DNA of 53,257 bases, from assembly GCA_964504105.1 (NCBI GenBank), contig CAZDDB010000001.1, positions 1 through 53,257 on the forward strand, written 5' to 3'. Below the pieces are notes generated by a model. The model ran no database searches and was not told the DNA's origin. It saw only the letters and a list, made by a program, of their open reading frames with translations. Both the position numbers and the translations under genes were made by a program. This document shows, piece after piece, positions 18,254-27,079 of this stretch (the first letter of the stretch is position 1; each line of letters starts with the position of its first letter). Origin of the DNA: an uncultured Acidobacteriota bacterium. GTDB taxonomy: Bacteria > Acidobacteriota > HRBIN11 > JAKEFK01.

Positions 18254-20528
18254 TTCTTTCTTTCAGCGCTTTCAAAATCTTTTCAGGCGTGAAGGGAAGT
18301 TCGGTGATGCGCACGCCGATCGCATCGTAAATTGCATTGCCCACCGCGGGAATCACCGCAGCCAGCGATCCTTCGCCGGCTTCCTTGGCGCCGTAGGGGC
18401 CTTCCGAGTCGGCGCTTTCCACGATGATTGATTCAATCACCGGAGAATCGAGAATGCCGGGAGTCTTGTATTCCAGAAGTCCCGGGTTCATTATCAATCC
18501 CCGGTCAAAGATCACCTGCTCCAGCATCGCCTGCCCGAGTCCCATGGAAACGGAGCCTTCAATTTGTCCTTCCACGGTGAGCGGATTGAGAGCAAAGCCG
18601 CAATCATGCGCGGCAACCACGCGGTCCACCCTCACCACGCCCGTCTCGGGGTCCACGGTGACTTCTGCAACCTGCGCGCTGTAACTGTAGGCAGGGGAGG
18701 GGCCTACGCCGGCGCCTTTGAATTTGCCTCCCTGCGCTTCCTTTGGCGGTGTGTAGGACCCTTTGGTCACAAGAGTTCCGCCCTGTGTGCCGAGCGCATG
18801 AACAACTGCTTGTTCAAAATCGATACGTTTCTCAATATTCTCAGAATCAAAAATGAAGTTGTCGCGGTTTCTCAATCGTTCAGCGGAAACTTCCAGCAAT
18901 TCGGATGCGGCCTTGTTGACCTTGTTCTTCATTTCCCGCGCTGCCTGAAGACAGGCATTACCGGCCATGAATGTGACGCGGCTGGAATAACTACCCAGAT
19001 CCAGCGGAGTCAAATCGGAATCGGCCGAGATGATCCGGATGCGATCGATTCCGATTCCCAGCTCTTCAGCGACAATCTGTACCTGAATCGTATCGGAGCC
19101 CTGACCGATCTCTGCCGTGCCGGTGTAGATGGTAACTCCGCCATCGATATCCAGTTTCAACATCACGTTTGAATGCGGCAACTTCGCCCGGATAATCGAA
19201 TTGGCTGCGCCGCTGACGTAGTGAGAGCCTGCAATTCCAACTCCTTTTCCAAAGGGGAGCTTCCCTTTTTTCTCGTTCCATCCGGATCGGCGCACCACTT
19301 CCCGGATACAGTCCGGATAGCCGTAGGAGGTGACACGCAGATCGTTGACCGTACGCGTATTTGGCTCAAGCGCGTTGCGGAGGCGGATCTCGGCGGGATC
19401 GATGCCAAGATCGTGGGCGATCATGTCCAGCTGCGATTCAAACGCAAACCGGACGTTCACGGTTCCGTGACCGCGCATTGCGCCCGACGCAGGCTTGTTG
19501 GTAAGCACACGGTAGCCGTCGTATTTCATGTTACGAATATCGTAGATGGCCCCGAGCAGCGCTCCCGAGTACAGAATGGTGACCACCCCGTAGCTGCAGA
19601 ATGCGCCCCCATCCTGGATCGTTTTGCATTCGACCGCTGTGATCTTCCCGTCCTTTGTGACACCGGTCTTGATGTCGACAAACTGTGTGGGGCGTCCGCG
19701 ATGGATGTAGAAAACCTCTTCGCGGGTCACGGTAAGTTTTACCGGACGCCCCGCTTTCACCGATAGCGCTGCGGCGCAGATCTCGTGCCCTAGCGGTTCG
19801 TCTTTGCCGCCAAAGCCGCCCCCCACGAGAGGTACGATTACCCGGATCCGGCTCATCGGGATCTCCAGGACCTGCGCCAACGTACGATGTAGATAGTACG
19901 GAGTTTGAGTAGACGACCAGACGGTCAACTTGCCGTTCTCCTCGTACTTTGCGACGGTGCTGTGCGGTTCCATTGCCGCGTGGGTTACCTGGGGACAGGT
20001 AAATGTATCGCTGCGGATGTGATCTGCCCGGGCAAAACCCTCTTCCACGTTGCCGAAATGATGATGATAATCGCGCTCCAGATTGTCCGGCTTGTCTTCA
20101 TGAATCAGCACTGCGGGCTTGTTCATCGATTCGCGCGCGTCAAAATAGGCTGGAAGCGGCTCGTACACAACCTCGATGGCGCGAATCGCTTCTTCCGCGA
20201 TTTCCGGAGTTGTTGCCGCAACTGCGGCGATTCCTTCTCCAACGTGACGCACTTTGTCGACGGCAAGAGCCGTTTCATCGTGCCCCACCGGCAGGATGCC
20301 ATATTTCTGAGCTATTTCTTTTCCAGTGATAATGGCATGGACACCCGGGATCTTTTCAGCGTGCGAAGGATCCAGTTTCAAGATCCGCGCATGCGGATGA
20401 ACACTGCGTAGAATCCGCGCGTGGAGAGTGCCGGGCAATTTCATGTCATCCGTGTAGATGCCGCTCCCGGTGACTTTGGCGGCCCCGTCCACCATCGGAA
20501 CCGGTTTACCTATGATCGAGTAGTACAT
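18234..20528 (-). CDS. xanthine dehydrogenase-family molybdopterin-binding (large) subunit
   Basis: Start assigned at ATG 20528 (MYYSIIGKPVPMVDGAAKVTGSG..), 2 nt after the small-subunit stop. The longer ORF to 20738 would overlap the small-subunit gene. Aldehyde-oxidase/XDH a/b-hammerhead and Mo-binding patterns (GGGFGGK, GAMRGHG, EAGEG). Confidence 0.9.
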   Translation of the reverse strand: MYYSIIGKPVPMVDGAAKVTGSGIYTDDMKLPGTLHARILRSVHPHARILKLDPSHAEKIPGVHAIITGKEIAQKYGILPVGHDETALAVDKVRHVGEGIAAVAATTPEIAEEAIRAIEVVYEPLPAYFDARESMNKPAVLIHEDKPDNLERDYHHHFGNVEEGFARADHIRSDTFTCPQVTHAAMEPHSTVAKYEENGKLTVWSSTQTPYYLHRTLAQVLEIPMSRIRVIVPLVGGGFGGKDEPLGHEICAAALSVKAGRPVKLTVTREEVFYIHRGRPTQFVDIKTGVTKDGKITAVECKTIQDGGAFCSYGVVTILYSGALLGAIYDIRNMKYDGYRVLTNKPASGAMRGHGTVNVRFAFESQLDMIAHDLGIDPAEIRLRNALEPNTRTVNDLRVTSYGYPDCIREVVRRSGWNEKKGKLPFGKGVGIAGSHYVSGAANSIIRAKLPHSNVMLKLDIDGGVTIYTGTAEIGQGSDTIQVQIVAEELGIGIDRIRIISADSDLTPLDLGSYSSRVTFMAGNACLQAAREMKNKVNKAASELLEVSAERLRNRDNFIFDSENIEKRIDFEQAVVHALGTQGGTLVTKGSYTPPKEAQGGKFKGAGVGPSPAYSYSAQVAEVTVDPETGVVRVDRVVAAHDCGFALNPLTVEGQIEGSVSMGLGQAMLEQVIFDRGLIMNPGLLEYKTPGILDSPVIESIIVESADSEGPYGAKEAGEGSLAAVIPAVGNAIYDAIGVRITELPFTPEKILKALKERNDTSRI

Positions 20529-20530
20529 CG

Positions 20531-21043
20531 TCAGAGCGCGATCCTTTGCGGATCTTTTCGGCGAGCTTCCTGATAGTCCAACGCCGCTTTGTGGACTGCA
20601 GCGATAATCTTCGTGTAGCCGGTGCACCTGCAAAGATTGCCGGCTAAAGCTTGCGAAATTTCTTCGACACTCGGATCGGGATTTTTCAGCAACAGCGCTC
20701 TTGCAGTCATCAGAATACCCGGGGTACAGAATCCGCACTGCTGTCCGCCTTCTTCACAAAAGGCCCTTTGCAGCGGATCGAGATCCCCTTTTTTGGAAAG
20801 CGCCTCGACAGTCTGGATCTCTCTTCCCTGATAGGAAACCGCCAGCATCATGCAACATTGGGATGGTAGGCCATCTACCAGAATGGTGCACGCGCCGCAC
20901 GAACCATCGTCGCAACCCAGCTTTGTGCCTGTCAGACTGAGGTCCTCCCGCAAGACATCGAGAAGCAAACGGTTGGGCGGGGCTGCAACTTCGACTTCTT
21001 CGCCGTTTACGCGGAAGCGCATAAACATTTTTTTGAATTTCAT
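20531..21043 (-). CDS. (2Fe-2S)-binding small subunit of the xanthine dehydrogenase-family enzyme
   Basis: Plant-type ferredoxin motif GCDDGSCGACTILVDG and second cluster motif QCGFCTPG..CRCTGY. The start could be ATG 21043 or an in-frame alternative. Confidence 0.9.
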   Translation of the reverse strand: MKFKKMFMRFRVNGEEVEVAAPPNRLLLDVLREDLSLTGTKLGCDDGSCGACTILVDGLPSQCCMMLAVSYQGREIQTVEALSKKGDLDPLQRAFCEEGGQQCGFCTPGILMTARALLLKNPDPSVEEISQALAGNLCRCTGYTKIIAAVHKAALDYQEARRKDPQRIAL

Positions 21044-21097
21044 TCCTTTTTCTCTCACGCCGGGGGGAGGTGCGACCCAGAATGTTGCTTCTCAGAA

Positions 21098-21126
21098 ATC
21101 ATATAGAACGGTGGAAACGTTGTCAA
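21098..21126 (-). promoter_or_regulatory. candidate sigma-70 promoter for the S/L/M/molybdopterin-oxidoreductase operon
   Basis: Minus strand reads TTGACA-N17-TATGAT, about 55 nt upstream of the small-subunit start. Confidence 0.45.
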
Positions 21127-21142
21127 TTTAAGTGATAGAGTT

Positions 21143-21742
21143 GTGCGTATGATTGCCGCATTGATTCTCGCTGCCGGGGAATCGCAGCGGATGAATACGC
21201 CGAAGGCTCTTTTGCGGATCGGGACCGAGAGCTTTGTGGAGTGCATCGCACGGAAGGCAAGGGAAGCCGGCGCCTCAACAGTTTACCTGGTTGCCGGCCA
21301 CCACCATGAACGGATCAAACGAGAACTGAAGGGGAAGCTGGAAATCGATATTCTTTTTAACTATCGCTACAAGGAAGGACAGATCTCCTCGCTCAAGGAG
21401 GGTCTACGGAATCTTGCAACAGGGTTGACAGAAGCTCTCGTCTGGCCCGTCGATCAGCCACTCGTGACAACGCGGACGGTTCAAGTTTTACTTGAGTCTT
21501 ACCGGAATGAGAAGAATCATGTGACAATTCCGGTTTTTCAAGCAAAGCGCGGACATCCGGTGTTGTACGATGTCCGCGCGATACACTCTCTTTTGTCGCT
21601 TTCGCCAACGCAGACGGCGAAGGATCTGCAGAAGATTTACGAAAAAGAGATTAGCTTTGTAGATGTTGACGATCCGGGAGTACTTGTGGATATCGATACG
21701 GCCGAAGATTACCAGAAATACATCACAGATTCCGGTCGCTGA
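21143..21742 (+). CDS. MobA-like NTP transferase, probable molybdenum cofactor cytidylyltransferase (MocA-type)
   Basis: N-terminal AALILAAGESQRMNTPKALL motif. Divergent from the XDH-family operon. Start is GTG 21143 or ATG 21149. Confidence 0.75.
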   Translation: MRMIAALILAAGESQRMNTPKALLRIGTESFVECIARKAREAGASTVYLVAGHHHERIKRELKGKLEIDILFNYRYKEGQISSLKEGLRNLATGLTEALVWPVDQPLVTTRTVQVLLESYRNEKNHVTIPVFQAKRGHPVLYDVRAIHSLLSLSPTQTAKDLQKIYEKEISFVDVDDPGVLVDIDTAEDYQKYITDSGR

Positions 21743-22580
21743 TAGCCCTTGTGGTTGCGCGCCGGCTTTTGATCTGAAAGTCGACCGCCCTTCGTTTGGC
21801 GGCGTTCACGTTCTTGATCTGGATCACTTCTGCAAGGATGCTGATCGCGACTTCTGCGGGACTTTTCCCGCCGATCGGCAGTCCGATCGGCGCATGGATT
21901 CTGTCTAACAGGGCAGTGGAAACCCCTTCCTGCTCTAATTCGTGCCGAAACTGTCTGATCTTGGATTTACTTCCGATCAGGCCAAGATAAGCCACCGGGC
22001 TGTCGATGGTACGCCGCACAAGAATCTTGTCGGTTTCGTGACAGCGCGTTACGATCACTACATAGGTGTTCTCATCAAGGTCAGGAACACCTCGGAGGAA
22101 AGAACGATCGGTCAGGATTACCTGATCCGCCACCGGATGTTTTGTAACATCAGCATACTGGCTTCTGTCATCCACCACAACAGTTTGAAACAATTCACTT
22201 GCTGCCGCGAGTTTTGACAAGGCCTGGCCCACGTGACCGCCTCCGAAAATGACCATCCGTGGAAGAGGGTGGTAACTTTCGAACATCACGCGTACAAGGC
22301 CCTGGCAGTACATTCCCAATTCCGGTTTCGTAAGCCGGTACTCGTGATGCACCGGGACTTCTTCGCCCAGTACGGCTCGTGCATCTTCCAAGACTTCCGC
22401 TTCAAAAGTGCCTCCTCCAATCGTGAATTCGAAGGATCCGTCCTGATGAATGATCATTTTCGCGCCGGGCTTTTGCGGGCAAGACCCTTTTACTTCCGCG
22501 ATTGTGGCCACCACGAAATGTCTTCGTGAGTGCAACAGTTCCGCAATCCTGTGATGGATCGTTTCCGCATCGAGCTTCAT
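21723..22580 (-). CDS. XdhC/CoxI-family molybdoenzyme maturation factor
   Basis: XdhC N-domain pattern (VVATIAEVKGSCPQKPGAKMIIH) and Rossmann part (MVIFGGGHVGQAL). ATG 22580 is preferred over the TTG at 22625. The 3' end overlaps the convergent MocA gene by 20 nt. Confidence 0.8.
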   Translation of the reverse strand: MKLDAETIHHRIAELLHSRRHFVVATIAEVKGSCPQKPGAKMIIHQDGSFEFTIGGGTFEAEVLEDARAVLGEEVPVHHEYRLTKPELGMYCQGLVRVMFESYHPLPRMVIFGGGHVGQALSKLAAASELFQTVVVDDRSQYADVTKHPVADQVILTDRSFLRGVPDLDENTYVVIVTRCHETDKILVRRTIDSPVAYLGLIGSKSKIRQFRHELEQEGVSTALLDRIHAPIGLPIGGKSPAEVAISILAEVIQIKNVNAAKRRAVDFQIKSRRATTRAISDRNL

Positions 22581-22599
22581 TTTGGTTTTTGCAATTCCA

Positions 22600-23094
22600 T
22601 CAGGAGTGAGGGTGATACTTGGCAACGATCAGAGACCGAATTTCTTGAGGGGTCATCCCCTCCTTATCCATCTGATCGGCTTCGATCACTTCCTTCAAAC
22701 AGACGTCGCAGTGAACGGCATGATCTGTGACATAACAATCATGCAGCGATCCGTGACCGAAACGGTCGCAGTAACAAAAGCAGGGAAGCTGCGCCAGAAG
22801 TTCCGGTTTACCCTGAGCAATCGCGTATTCCGCCTGAACCTCTGACGGCACAGAAGCGGGCGCGAGAGTCGGGGTAAGCGGTCCGGCAGAGACGGGATCC
22901 TCCAGGTAAGGCGGCATCCGAAAGTTGTTGCTCGACGCAGGCTGTGGCGCAGCAGACTGTTCAGCAGTTTGGTTGACTTCCGGTGGGGCGCTTTTCGGTG
23001 TGGATTGGTAACGGGATGAGTCCTGAGTTCCACACCTTATCACCATGAAACCCAGCGCGATCATGACACACGGGAAAGCGATCCTTATTTGCAT
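22600..23094 (-). CDS. PCYCGC/CYCXC-motif lipoprotein-like protein
   Basis: Start assigned at ATG 23094 (MQIRIAFPCVMIALGFMVIRCGTQ, lipobox-like). C-terminal PCFCYCDRFGHGSLHDCY..HCDVC motif. The ORF-track extension to 23394 overlaps the divergent gene and promoter. Confidence 0.65.
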   Translation of the reverse strand: MQIRIAFPCVMIALGFMVIRCGTQDSSRYQSTPKSAPPEVNQTAEQSAAPQPASSNNFRMPPYLEDPVSAGPLTPTLAPASVPSEVQAEYAIAQGKPELLAQLPCFCYCDRFGHGSLHDCYVTDHAVHCDVCLKEVIEADQMDKEGMTPQEIRSLIVAKYHPHS

Positions 23095-23137
23095 CGCGTA
23101 AATTATAATGGCGCGGTTTGTTAACGCGCAAGTTTTC

Positions 23138-23166
23138 TTGACAGCCCGAATGAGCGCATATATCAT
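23138..23166 (+). promoter_or_regulatory. candidate sigma-70 promoter of the bifunctional-nuclease gene
   Basis: TTGACA-N17-TATCAT, about 50 nt upstream of ATG 23218, which has an AAGGAG RBS. Confidence 0.45.
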
Positions 23167-23217
23167 ACATCGTAGGTTTTCGGGGAAAGTGGGCCTCTCA
23201 GGGTTAAGGAGCTGCCT

Positions 23218-23703
23218 ATGCATGTTGAGATGCGAATCAAGGGTCTGATGCTGGACCCTGTTACCAACATGCCGATTATTATCCTCTCCGACATGGAAGG
23301 ACAGAGAATCCTCCCGATCTGGGTTGGTTTTTTTGAAGCCAATGCTATCGCGTTGCAGATGGAAAACGTCACAACGCCCCGGCCAATGACCCACGATCTG
23401 ATAAAAAACATCATCAGCGGTCTCAACGCTACGGTAAAGAAGATTCTCGTAAACAATCTCTGGGACAACACGTTTTATGCTCTTGTGTTTCTGGAAGCAA
23501 ACGGGGAAACGGTGGCGATTGATTCACGGCCAAGCGATGCGATCGCACTTGCTTTGAGGATGAAATCGCCCATCTACGTTGAAGAGGAAGTCATCAACAA
23601 AGCCAAGAGTATTGAAGGGACCCGCGACTTAACGGATGGGGAAAGCCTTCAGCGCTGGCTGGAAAATCTTCGCCCCGAAGAACTCGGGAAGTACAAGATG
23701 TAG
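23218..23703 (+). CDS. bifunctional nuclease (BFN / DUF151) family protein
   Basis: Characteristic N-terminus VEMRIKGLMLDPVTNMPIIILSD..GQRILPIWVGFFEANAIA..TPRPMTHDL. Confidence 0.8.
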   Translation: MHVEMRIKGLMLDPVTNMPIIILSDMEGQRILPIWVGFFEANAIALQMENVTTPRPMTHDLIKNIISGLNATVKKILVNNLWDNTFYALVFLEANGETVAIDSRPSDAIALALRMKSPIYVEEEVINKAKSIEGTRDLTDGESLQRWLENLRPEELGKYKM

Positions 23704-23740
23704 CGGCTACTAATATAGTAGTAGACAGCATGGCTTTCTT

Positions 23741-23769
23741 TTGACAATCCTTTCCTTTTCAGATACTAT
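23741..23769 (+). promoter_or_regulatory. candidate sigma-70 promoter of parAB
   Basis: TTGACA-N17-TACTAT, about 65 nt upstream of ATG 23835. Confidence 0.4.
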
Positions 23770-23834
23770 CCAATCTGGTTTTTTTATCTGGTGATTCGAC
23801 TGAAATTTTCGGCCTCCCTGTTTTCTGCGGAACT

Positions 23835-24587
23835 ATGATCCTGGCCATTGCGAATCAAAAAGGCGGGGTAGGGAAGACCACCACTGCCATCAACATAGCT
23901 GCCTGTCTTGCCTCAAAAAAGCGAAAGACGCTTCTTGTGGACATGGATCCGCAGGCAAACAGCACCCTTTCTTTTGTTGATCCCGCGTCTTTTCGCCTTT
24001 CCGCCTATGATGTTTTGGTTGATGGAATCAACCCCGAAGATTGCATTGTGCCGGCAGGCGTTCCGAATTTGAGCCTGTTGCCGGCGCGTTTGTCGCTGGC
24101 GAAACTGGAGGCGAAGCTGATCGGGGAATTGGATGGACATTTTCGGCTGAAGGATCGATTGGGTCCGCTTCATGAACTCTATCCGTACATTATAATTGAC
24201 ACGCCTCCCACGCTCGGTTTGATCACGGTTAGCGCTCTTGTGGCTGCTACACACGTTTTGATTCCGATTCAGTCTTCGTATTTCGCGCTCGAAGGAACAG
24301 ATGACCTGTTGGAAACCATTCAGAAAATAAAAGCAAGGCCAAACCCGGCGTTAAACCTGCTAGGGGTGGCTATTACGCTCAATGATCGACGCACTACTCT
24401 CAGCCGTGATATTCAGGCACAGATCCGGCAGGTTTTTGGCCACAAAGTGTTCCGCACGGTGATCAGTAAGAGCGTGCGCCTGGAGGAGAGTCCCGCTTAC
24501 AAGGAGAGCATTTTTACCTATGCTCCAAAGTCCTCCGGAGCCATGGAATACGAACAGCTTTGCAAGGAGGTGCTGGCACGTGAATAA
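23835..24587 (+). CDS. parA: ParA/Soj chromosome-partitioning ATPase
   Basis: Deviant Walker A NQKGGVGKTTTAINIA, DMDPQANST, IIIDTPP. 250 aa. Confidence 0.9.
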   Translation: MILAIANQKGGVGKTTTAINIAACLASKKRKTLLVDMDPQANSTLSFVDPASFRLSAYDVLVDGINPEDCIVPAGVPNLSLLPARLSLAKLEAKLIGELDGHFRLKDRLGPLHELYPYIIIDTPPTLGLITVSALVAATHVLIPIQSSYFALEGTDDLLETIQKIKARPNPALNLLGVAITLNDRRTTLSRDIQAQIRQVFGHKVFRTVISKSVRLEESPAYKESIFTYAPKSSGAMEYEQLCKEVLARE

Positions 24588-25380
24588 AAGGGGACTTCCT
24601 CAGACGATTCAAATGAAGCACGATTTGCATTATGTGGACGAGTTGTTTCATGACAACGTGGGAGCGGTGGGAAGATACATTCCCGTGGATCAGATCCGTC
24701 CCAATCCATCCCAGCCAAGACAGATCATCGGTGATCTGAGCGAGCTGATAAATTCCATCAAGGAAAAAGGGATTCTGGAACCTCTTCTCGTTCGTGGGCA
24801 AAAGAACGAATACGAGATCATTGCAGGAGAAAGACGGTGGCGTGCTGCGAAAGAGGCGGGTCTGGCGGTTATTCCGTGTATCGAGATGGAAGTTACGGAC
24901 CGGGAGATGCATGAAATCGGGCTGATCGAGAATCTTCAGCGAAAGGATCTGACCCCGTTCGAGGAAGCGGAAGGACTCCAGGTGTTGGCTGAGAGGTTTG
25001 GTTATACTCACGTACAGATAGCGCAGGCGGTAGGGAAGGCGAGATCCTCCGTCACGGAAGTCCTTCTGCTAAATCAGATGCCCGATGAGATCAAAGATCT
25101 ATGTCGGCGGGCCGACATTACCAATAAGTCCCTCTTGTTGCAAGTGGCCAGGCAACCGGATGTCGCGAAGATGAAATCTCTTGCCGACAGGATAGCAAAG
25201 GGAAGTGTGACTCGTCAGCAGGTCCGGGAAGAAAAAAATCAACAGAAGAGCAAAAAGAAGCCGTTCGTTTATTCAACAAAAGGAAGTGGATACACGCTTA
25301 GAATTTACTTTAATAAACATAATGTAAGCAACGAAGAGGTCAAGTCAGCAATAGAAGAATCATTAACTAATCTAGAGTAA
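24580..25380 (+). CDS. parB: ParB/Spo0J partition protein
   Basis: GTG 24580 (VNKRGLPQ.., ParB-type N-terminus) overlaps the parA stop. ParB box motifs GILEPLLV and IIAGERRWRAA, plus an HTH region. Confidence 0.85.
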   Translation: MNKRGLPQTIQMKHDLHYVDELFHDNVGAVGRYIPVDQIRPNPSQPRQIIGDLSELINSIKEKGILEPLLVRGQKNEYEIIAGERRWRAAKEAGLAVIPCIEMEVTDREMHEIGLIENLQRKDLTPFEEAEGLQVLAERFGYTHVQIAQAVGKARSSVTEVLLLNQMPDEIKDLCRRADITNKSLLLQVARQPDVAKMKSLADRIAKGSVTRQQVREEKNQQKSKKKPFVYSTKGSGYTLRIYFNKHNVSNEEVKSAIEESLTNLE

Positions 25381-25430
25381 ATAATAATAATACTTGATGT
25401 TTTACTTTCGTTGTTGGCCGGCCGACACTG

Positions 25431-26153
25431 ATGAACCTTCTTGCGATTAGCGACCTCCACTTAAACCCGGCAACCAAAGAACGAGCTGACTTATTTTTGC
25501 AGTTCCTCGCAAAGGCTTTCGAGCGGGGCGATGAAGTTGTCATTGTTGGGGATCTTTTTGATTTATGGTTCGGAAAACACCCTTTTGATTATCAGAAAGA
25601 AGTGTTGGAACGAATGAAGGATCTCGCCGCGCGCGGTCTTGCTCTTCATTATGTGGAAGGGAACCGTGATTTCAACATCCGGCACCTGGCCGGCACAATA
25701 TTTCACGATGTGTGGCCGGAAGCCTTCGAACTCGAATGGCGCGGAAGAAATCTCTATCTGGTACACGGAGATCTGATCAATACAAATGATAAACCGTACC
25801 GCTTGTGGCGCATGCTGACGAAGAATCCTCTCTCGCTTGGAATCCTTGACGCTGTTCCGCGTTCATTTCTGTTGAAAAGATCCTCCAATCTGGAACAACA
25901 GATGAAAACTACGAACCTGAAGCACAAATCCGGTTATCCGGAGGAAGAATGCCGTCGCTTCTGCATGGAGCATTCTCAACGCGGCGCAGACGTTATTGTT
26001 GCGGGTCATTTTCATGCAGAAAGAGAAATGTCCATACAGTTAGAAGACAGGAATGTGTTATTCTATAACCTACCCGGATGGGAACAGGGATTTCGATACC
26101 TTGTTGTTCCGCCGGGAAAAGAAAAACCGTATTTTCAGGGACTGGTAATCTGA
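25431..26153 (+). CDS. lpxH: UDP-2,3-diacylglucosamine diphosphatase-like calcineurin-type metallophosphoesterase
   Basis: ISDLHL, GDLFDLWFG, EGNRDF, VHGDL and GHFH motifs are collinear with LpxH. Confidence 0.7.
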   Translation: MNLLAISDLHLNPATKERADLFLQFLAKAFERGDEVVIVGDLFDLWFGKHPFDYQKEVLERMKDLAARGLALHYVEGNRDFNIRHLAGTIFHDVWPEAFELEWRGRNLYLVHGDLINTNDKPYRLWRMLTKNPLSLGILDAVPRSFLLKRSSNLEQQMKTTNLKHKSGYPEEECRRFCMEHSQRGADVIVAGHFHAEREMSIQLEDRNVLFYNLPGWEQGFRYLVVPPGKEKPYFQGLVI

Positions 26154-26154
26154 T

Positions 26155-26499
26155 ATGGAAATCCTTCAACGTCGCCGCGGAAATGTCGTAATTCTGGATA
26201 TTCATGGAGCCATCTCGATGGGAGAGAGCAAAGAGAAGTTTGCGCAGGTCATGGACGAACTTCTTTCCGAGAAGAGTGTGAATGTCCTGGTGAATTTTTC
26301 AGGTATCAATTACGTGGACAGCACGGGCATTGGCGAAATGGTGGGATACTTGAACAAGTTTGTGGAGAGCAACCGTCAGTTGAAAATTTTAAAACCGCAC
26401 GATCGCGTCCTGAAGCTGCTCCAGATTACAAAGCTTGATTCCATGTTTGAAATCTACCAGGACGAGGAAGAAGGACTGAAAAGCTTCTCCCCTGATTAG
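26155..26499 (+). CDS. STAS-domain anti-sigma-factor antagonist (SpoIIAA/RsbV-like)
   Basis: 114 aa. Conserved phosphorylatable loop YVDSTGIGEMV. Starts 1 nt after the lpxH-like stop. Confidence 0.85.
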   Translation: MEILQRRRGNVVILDIHGAISMGESKEKFAQVMDELLSEKSVNVLVNFSGINYVDSTGIGEMVGYLNKFVESNRQLKILKPHDRVLKLLQITKLDSMFEIYQDEEEGLKSFSPD

Positions 26500-26532
26500 G
26501 ACCCCTATATCATTTCCAGGAGGCTCCATTCC

Positions 26533-27054
26533 ATGCTCATTCGATTGTTCCGTCACTTTTTTTTGATTGCGCTTCTGTTCGCAGCTTTCATCCCCACCGT
26601 TTCGCAGGGACAGCCTGAAAAAGACGAAGAAGATAAAGGAAATATCGAAGACTCATTTCAGGCAAGAATCAAAAATTACTATGAAGCCTGGAATACGTTG
26701 GATACGGAGAAGGCTGGAATCTTTTATGCAAAGGACGCGGATCTGGTTTTCTATGACATCGCCCCGCTGAAATATACCGGATGGGACGAATACAAGACGG
26801 GAGTCAAGAAACTCCTGGAGCCTTACACCAGCTTTCGGCTCGTTCCGGCGGACGACTTGAAGATTTCGCGGCGCGGGAAAATTGTCTGGACCACAATCGG
26901 ATGTCATTTTTCCGGCGTGTTGAAGGATGGGACAAAGGCTGAGTTGGAGGGCCGTCACACTGCCATCTGGGAAAAACAAAAAGGGGAATGGCTCATTGTT
27001 CATGAGCATGTGTCCGTCCCGCTGGCCGCGTCTCCATCAAGCGGCACGAAATGA
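26533..27054 (+). CDS. secreted SnoaL-like / NTF2-fold (DUF4440-like) protein
   Basis: Signal peptide LIALLFAAFIPTVSQG. Pattern ..YYEAWNTLD..GKIVWTT..HTAIWEKQKGEWLIVHEHVS is typical of the NTF2-like fold. Confidence 0.6.
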   Translation: MLIRLFRHFFLIALLFAAFIPTVSQGQPEKDEEDKGNIEDSFQARIKNYYEAWNTLDTEKAGIFYAKDADLVFYDIAPLKYTGWDEYKTGVKKLLEPYTSFRLVPADDLKISRRGKIVWTTIGCHFSGVLKDGTKAELEGRHTAIWEKQKGEWLIVHEHVSVPLAASPSSGTK

Positions 27055-27079
27055 TGTCTAATTACTTAGAGCTAATCAA

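Noticed and set aside
20529-20738. N-terminal extensions offered by the ORF track: large Mo subunit to 20738, PCYCGC protein to 23394, response regulator to 34187, OCD gene from 7961, sulfatase-like gene from 47361
   Set aside because: Each extension overlaps the neighbouring gene or promoter, and its sequence is unlike the family N-terminus. Internal ATGs give family-typical N-termini (MYYSIIGKP.., MQIRIAFPCV.., MLPHKKIAVVEDD.., MKVRIINQ.., MKKVWICLSVV..).
21059-21142. Moco riboswitch in the leader of the molybdoenzyme operon
   Set aside because: The predicted leader is only about 55 nt, much shorter than a Moco riboswitch, and no conserved motif is recognisable.
23704-25430. parS site near parAB
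   Set aside because: I looked for the TGTTNCACGTGAAACA-type palindrome in and around parAB. I found only the unrelated CACGTGAA at the parA/parB junction. No convincing parS is visible.
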